NCBI GenBank assembly: GCA_020052955.1
Contig: JAGVOB010000163.1
Coordinates: 1 to 41,941 of the forward strand
Source: Candidatus Omnitrophota bacterium
GTDB lineage: Bacteria; Omnitrophota; Gorgyraeia; VGKN01
Direction of reading: 5' to 3'
DNA length: 41,941 nucleotides
Shown here: in pieces, positions 38,794 through 41,941 of the stretch
Layout of the letters: each line of letters opens with the position of its first letter
Position numbering within the stretch: the first letter of the stretch is position 1
The notes under the pieces: model-generated
Told to the model about the DNA's origin: nothing
The model's input: the letters and a program-made list of their open reading frames with translations, nothing else
Database searches by the model: none
Made by a program: the position numbers and the translations under genes

Positions 38794-39516
38794 TTATCTG
38801 TTTTTTAGCCTATCTGAAGCACTTAAAAGATCTTTCTGCTCATCGATATCAATCATATCTGCTGCGCTTATTATCAAAGGTAATACATTCTTGCCGGATA
38901 TCGAATTTTCTTCCAAAAGAGTCTTTCTTCTAGTCATTTCCAGGTCGCCCGTCTGAAAATAAACATCCGGGAGCTTTTGTCTGGGAATGTTATAAGGTTC
39001 AAAGATGCTATCATTTAATACAGGAACTATAAAATCCCCCTTTATTTTAAACATCCGGTAAGGATGCTGTCTGCACAACGCAACCGTTCTGACTGAATTA
39101 GCATCTGGATATTTTTTAAGAAGACGATGCCCCTTTTCTATTAGTCCCTCCGGCCTCAAAGGCGAGGTTGGCCGTAATAATACAAAAATATCAAACATTT
39201 TGTGTTCATATTTTTCCAGCCAATCTGCGGCGTGCTTAAAAACAGGATAATCAGGCGTACCATCTTGAGCGTATTCTGCCGGTCTTATAAAAGGGACATC
39301 CGCACCGTATTTCTTGGCGATATCAGCTATTTCTAAATCATCTGTTGATACAATAGTCCTTTTTACTAAAGGGCATTTTAAGGAATACTCAATCGCGTAT
39401 GACAATAGGGGTTTCCCATTTAAAAGGCTTATGTTCTTTTTCTTTATACCCTTACTCCCACCTCTGGCTGGGATAATAGTAACAATGCGCACGTCACGCT
39501 TCTTAGCTACCAACAT
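38794..39516 (-). CDS. neuA: CMP-nonulosonic acid synthetase (acylneuraminate cytidylyltransferase)
   Basis: IIPARGGSKGI..KN, VSTDD, RP...A.D, PTSPLR, RQ.LP and DID...D. Confidence 0.9.
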   Translation of the reverse strand: MLVAKKRDVRIVTIIPARGGSKGIKKKNISLLNGKPLLSYAIEYSLKCPLVKRTIVSTDDLEIADIAKKYGADVPFIRPAEYAQDGTPDYPVFKHAADWLEKYEHKMFDIFVLLRPTSPLRPEGLIEKGHRLLKKYPDANSVRTVALCRQHPYRMFKIKGDFIVPVLNDSIFEPYNIPRQKLPDVYFQTGDLEMTRRKTLLEENSISGKNVLPLIISAADMIDIDEQKDLLSASDRLKNR

Positions 39517-40286
39517 GTAAAGCCCCCATCGACTATCAAATTATGCCCAGTAACGTATTCTGAGGCATCGGACGATAGATATACTAATGCTCCACTCAAC
39601 TCTTTTGTAAGTCCCATCCTTCTAAGAGGCGTCTTATAAGAATAATTTCTTATAAACTTTTCTAACTGTTTATTAAAAATTCCTCCGGGACTAATACAAT
39701 TCACTCTTATATTATACTTACTTAGATAACACGCCAAATATTTAGTAAGCTGTATAACCGCAGCTTTGCTCATAGCATATACCTCCGAACAATTTCTTCC
39801 GGAATCAGCATATATTCTTTGATCAGGCGCGACTAATCCATAAATCGAGCCTATATTTACTATGTTCCCTTTTCTTCGCTTAATCATGCTTTTAGAAACA
39901 ACCTGAGAACAAAGAAAAGCTCCTTTTGCATTAATAGCCATTATTTTATCGAACTCCTCAGGTGTCCTTTTTTCAAACGGCGTAAATACACCCATGCCGG
40001 CATTATTCACGAGAGTGTCTATCTTCTTGAAATGTCTCAAAACTTTATCCACGCATTTTTCAATAGAGCCTTTATCTGTAACATCCATCTCTAACGATAT
40101 AGCTTTCCCGCCAGATTTGCATATTTTACTTTCCGTTTTTCTACACGCATCAATAACCTTATCGGTGAGTACCAGGTAAGCGCCAAATTCTGTTAATGTT
40201 TGGGCTATTGCCCTACATAGCTGACCATTGGCACCAGTTATTAATATAACTTTTTTATCTAGACTAAATAATTTACTTGCAGACAT
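39507..40286 (-). CDS. Short-chain dehydrogenase/reductase (PtmA/ElaC-like)
   Basis: ITGANG, NNAG, SIYG..APD..IY, YAMSK, RVNCISPGG and TGHNLIVDGG. Confidence 0.9.
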   Translation of the reverse strand: MSASKLFSLDKKVILITGANGQLCRAIAQTLTEFGAYLVLTDKVIDACRKTESKICKSGGKAISLEMDVTDKGSIEKCVDKVLRHFKKIDTLVNNAGMGVFTPFEKRTPEEFDKIMAINAKGAFLCSQVVSKSMIKRRKGNIVNIGSIYGLVAPDQRIYADSGRNCSEVYAMSKAAVIQLTKYLACYLSKYNIRVNCISPGGIFNKQLEKFIRNYSYKTPLRRMGLTKELSGALVYLSSDASEYVTGHNLIVDGGFTCW

Positions 40287-40401
40287 AGTAGAATAACCCC
40301 TTTATTATTGTTCGAATGTGCATAATTAACAGACTCTATTATTCTATTTCTTCTTAAAAAGCCACCAAGTAGTGCTCTTCCCCTCTTTAGTGGACAAATT
40401 G

Positions 40402-41304
40402 TTAAGATTGTAAAGAGCGTTTTTCATACTCAAAAAGGCTTAGGTAACCGAGCGTTGAATGCGCCCTTTTGCGGTTGTAGTACATCTCAACGTACTCAAA
40501 GATCCTTCTTTTTGCCTCTTCCCGTGTTTTGAACTTTGTCCGGTGAATCAGCTCCACCTTAAGCGTATGAAAAAAACTCTCAGCTACGGCGTTATCCCAG
40601 CAGTCGCCTTTTTTGCTCATGCTGCCTACGAATTCATTTTGGGCCAATAACGCTTTAAAATCATTAGCGGCATATTGAACACCCCTGTCAGAATGATAAA
40701 CAAGCCCTTTAGGGGGAGAACGCCGTAGGATTGCCTGTTTTAACGCCTGAAGCGTCAAAGTCTCGGCAATTGTTTTATCCATAGCAAGCCCAACGATTCC
40801 TCGTGAAAACAAATCGAGTATCGCCGCCAGATAGAGCCAGCCCTCATACGTCCAAATATAGGTTATATCCGATACCCAGACGGCGTTCGGTTTTTCTACC
40901 GAGAAAATCCGGTTCAAGACATTAGGCCACACAGGATAATCATGCTTCGAGTTTGTTGTCACCCTGAACTTGCGCCTCTGTATGGCAACCAGGTTACTAA
41001 GGCGCATAAGGCGGGCGATACGATTCAAAGAACAAGGAATCTGCTCTTTATTACGCAGTTCGTTCCATACCCGCGGGCTGCCGTAATTACGGTTATTATC
41101 CCAGAATACCCGCCTTATTTCAATGAGCAGATTGTCGTTATTGATTCTGTTTAGGCTTTTAGGCCTTGTCTTAAACGCGTAATAACCGCTCCTGGATACT
41201 TCCACCGCGCGGCACATCTTCTCAAGCGGAAAGACCAAACGGTTTAAGTCTATAAATTCGAACCGTTCTCGGTCGGTTTTGAAAATATGCCGACTGCTTT
41301 TTTT
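40402..41304 (-). CDS. IS3 transposase OrfB (DDE integrase core), expected to be expressed as OrfAB by -1 frameshift
   Basis: VSRSGYY, YGSPR, WVSDITY, HSDRGVQY and DNAVAESFF. The frame is open upstream of 41238 to the A7G site. Confidence 0.93.
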   Translation of the reverse strand, partial: KKSSRHIFKTDRERFEFIDLNRLVFPLEKMCRAVEVSRSGYYAFKTRPKSLNRINNDNLLIEIRRVFWDNNRNYGSPRVWNELRNKEQIPCSLNRIARLMRLSNLVAIQRRKFRVTTNSKHDYPVWPNVLNRIFSVEKPNAVWVSDITYIWTYEGWLYLAAILDLFSRGIVGLAMDKTIAETLTLQALKQAILRRSPPKGLVYHSDRGVQYAANDFKALLAQNEFVGSMSKKGDCWDNAVAESFFHTLKVELIHRTKFKTREEAKRRIFEYVEMYYNRKRAHSTLGYLSLFEYEKRSLQS

Positions 41305-41558
41305 AGTATTTCTATCTCCATTTCGGCGTTGCGCAGCTTACGCCGCAAGGCGACCATTTCCGTTAAATGCCCCTTGCCTACAAACGCTTTATCGCCATCC
41401 TGGGCATACTTCCTTTTCCAATTATAAAGCACATTGGCGTGGATTCCCAAAGAGCGGGCTACTTCCGAGGCTTTTTGGCCTTCTTCGGTAATCATTTTGA
41501 CCGCTTGAACCTTAAACGCCTTGTCAAAACGTTTCATTTGGACCTTTTCCCCATCCAT
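41250..41558 (-). CDS. IS3 transposase OrfA (HTH)
   Basis: FK..AV......VARSLGI...LY.W and EILKKA. RBS AGGAGGT upstream of the ATG. Confidence 0.93.
   Translation of the reverse strand: MDGEKVQMKRFDKAFKVQAVKMITEEGQKASEVARSLGIHANVLYNWKRKYAQDGDKAFVGKGHLTEMVALRRKLRNAEMEIEILKKAVGIFSKPTENGSNL
41297..41304 (-). promoter_or_regulatory. -1 frameshift/slippage motif AAAAAAAG
   Basis: CTA AAA AAA GCA in orfA. The -1 frame reads KKSSRHIFKTDRERFEFI into orfB. Confidence 0.85.
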
Positions 41559-41842
41559 CGGACACCTCCTAATTAAGAGCTGGCTTTTATGCTAACCACC
41601 AACTCTTCATTGTGTCCACTTTTTCGGGGGAAGATCATAGCGCCTACTTCACAGCCGACATCAAGGACCTTTTCTCCCTTGTTTATATCTAAAAGATGCA
41701 ATACATAATCCTTGTGTTTTATGGCGCCGATATCCCGGTATGCCCTCCTAGACTGCATATCACCGCATTTAATGTCTTCTTCTACGGCATAGAAATACCC
41801 TTTTAGCCACCCGTCTTCAGGGTATTTATCAACTAGGTCATA

Positions 41843-41941
41843 TGAACTTGCCCTACTAAAACGGACACTTAATTAACCCCATTTCTTCGTTCATACTCCA
41901 CCGGACTGACATAGCCAAGAGTTGAATGCAGTCTCTTGCGA
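41843..41941 (-). mobile_element. Right end of a second, different IS3-family element (truncated by the window edge)
   Basis: The minus strand 41940..41869 encodes RKRLHSTLGYVSPVEYERRNGVN*, an IS3 OrfB C-terminus. It is followed by the IR gtgtccgttttagtagggcaagttCA ending at 41843. Confidence 0.88.

Larger units (their letters stand above)
40373..41637 (-). mobile_element. Complete IS3-family insertion sequence (1265 bp)
   Basis: TG...CA ends. Imperfect inverted repeats tgctcttcccctctttagtggaca and tgatcttcccccgaaaaagtggaca. 3-bp direct repeat TAG at 40370-40372 and 41638-41640. orfA/orfB organisation. Confidence 0.95.
40344..41842 (-). pseudogene. Methyltransferase remnant interrupted by two IS3-family elements
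   Basis: 41842..41638 is an open frame (YDLVDKYPED...GEKVLDVGCEVGA) that stops at SAM motif I. With the IS removed it continues TWWLFKKK* to 40344. Confidence 0.7.

Noticed and set aside
418-41576. All plus-strand ORFs and short nested minus-strand ORFs in the ORF track
   Set aside because: They lie antisense to or inside well-supported genes and have no recognisable motifs, so they are shadow ORFs.
41573-41758. 61-aa ORF as an independent gene
   Set aside because: It is a chimera of the methyltransferase fragment reading into the IS inverted repeat (the tail MIFPRKSGH... is IS sequence).
1-41941. CRISPR array, tRNA, rRNA or long tandem repeats
   Set aside because: None seen. There is almost no intergenic space apart from 1-362 and short gaps.

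Overview
This window is a roughly 40 kb, AT-rich bacterial cell-surface glycan biosynthesis and modification locus. It lies almost entirely on the minus strand and is tightly packed with many ATGA overlaps. In transcription order (right to left) it has: (1) two IS3-family elements, one complete and one cut by the window edge, both inserted in a methyltransferase remnant; (2) a nonulosonic-acid module with an SDR, a CMP-sugar synthetase, a Gfo/Idh/MocA oxidoreductase, an unusual flavin-mutase-like::NeuB fusion, an NAD(P)-binding protein, a methyltransferase, a putative transferase and a Wzx-type flippase; (3) a phospho-amino-alcohol-type module with a HisC/CobD-like PLP enzyme, two LicC-like nucleotidyltransferases (one degenerate and fused to a Cys-rich domain), a CDP-alcohol phosphotransferase and a methyltransferase::kinase fusion; (4) a B12-binding radical SAM gene, a G8-frameshifted methyltransferase, a DegT aminotransferase, GT2, GT4, gmd and fcl; (5) repeated polyprenol-phosphate GT2 plus tailoring enzymes plus GT-C membrane transferase cassettes, including asnB and two more B12 radical SAM genes. 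All four visibly damaged genes are methylase-type: a 19-bp insertion, an internal deletion, a poly-G frameshift and a double IS hit. No RNA genes or CRISPR arrays were seen. Functions are assigned from motifs read by eye, and no database search was run.
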